From NCBI GenBank assembly GCA_016618085.1, contig JABLTG010000002.1:186001-250000 (forward strand): 64,000 nt of DNA. The letters are read 5' to 3'. The notes beneath the pieces are model-generated. The model worked only from the letters and a program-made list of their open reading frames with translations, was not told where the DNA came from and did not search any database. A program made the position numbers and the translations under genes. Shown one piece after another: positions 63,702 to 64,000 of this stretch (position 1 is its first letter; each line of letters begins with the position of its first letter). The DNA is from Neovahlkampfia damariscottae (taxonomy: Eukaryota).

Positions 63702-64000
63702 TCAAATAAATTCGAATATATTTTCAAATTCTCCTTCAATTGAGCATTCATTTGAACTTTGAAGAAAGTCTTCAAAACTTTCAAAAACTAAATTCTCCTT
63801 ATTTGAATTATCCACTTCTTCTTCCACTTCTTCTACTTCTTTTTGTCCACCTTCTTTCAATGAAAGAATATCAAGGTGATTTTCAAATGATTCTAAAAAC
63901 TGATCTTCCTTTTCAAATTCAACCACATCTTTTAAGTTTTGTAAATCATCTAAACTTTCGAAATTTTCAAATAAAACAATTTCTTTTGGCTTGACTTGTT
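63702..64000 (-). CDS. Acidic C-terminal part of a protein starting beyond the window
   Basis: E-rich ORF ending at TGA 63704-63702. Confidence 0.45.
   Translation of the reverse strand, partial: QVKPKEIVLFENFESLDDLQNLKDVVEFEKEDQFLESFENHLDILSLKEGGQKEVEEVEEEVDNSNKENLVFESFEDFLQSSNECSIEGEFENIFEFI

Noticed and set aside
1..64000. tRNA/rRNA genes, transposons, viral insertions
   Set aside because: No recognisable structures, terminal repeats or transposase/RT/capsid motifs; small ncRNAs cannot be excluded by eye

Overview
This window is very AT-rich, gene-dense eukaryotic (protist-like) nuclear DNA, not prokaryotic. It holds about 36 genes read in the standard code, split by tiny (~28-45 nt) GT-AG introns, with intergenic gaps of ~2-200 nt. 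Recognisable genes include proteasome alpha6, mitochondrial ThrRS, SUV3, TRAPPC9, TRAPPC10, Rab21, a Sar1-like GTPase, ArfGAP, an NPSN-like SNARE, a SUN protein, a GCP4-like protein, VPS13 and two P450s (one decayed). The top candidate system is a CCAAT box within tens of nt of almost every start codon, together with a gene (61107-62227, minus) that after manual splicing fuses an NF-YA-type CCAAT-contacting motif to SNF5 repeats and a GATA finger. Other highlights are a probable dual-path spliceosomal twin intron (49770-49838), 3-10 nt microexons, a stand-alone Raptor-N/caspase-like protein with a metacaspase-type His/Cys dyad, a KDEL-ending protein with 16 Cys-Pro motifs, a WD40-HECT lacking its catalytic Cys, and a HEIP1/REDIC1-like meiotic gene. 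All gene models were spliced by eye and family calls rest on remembered motifs, not database searches.
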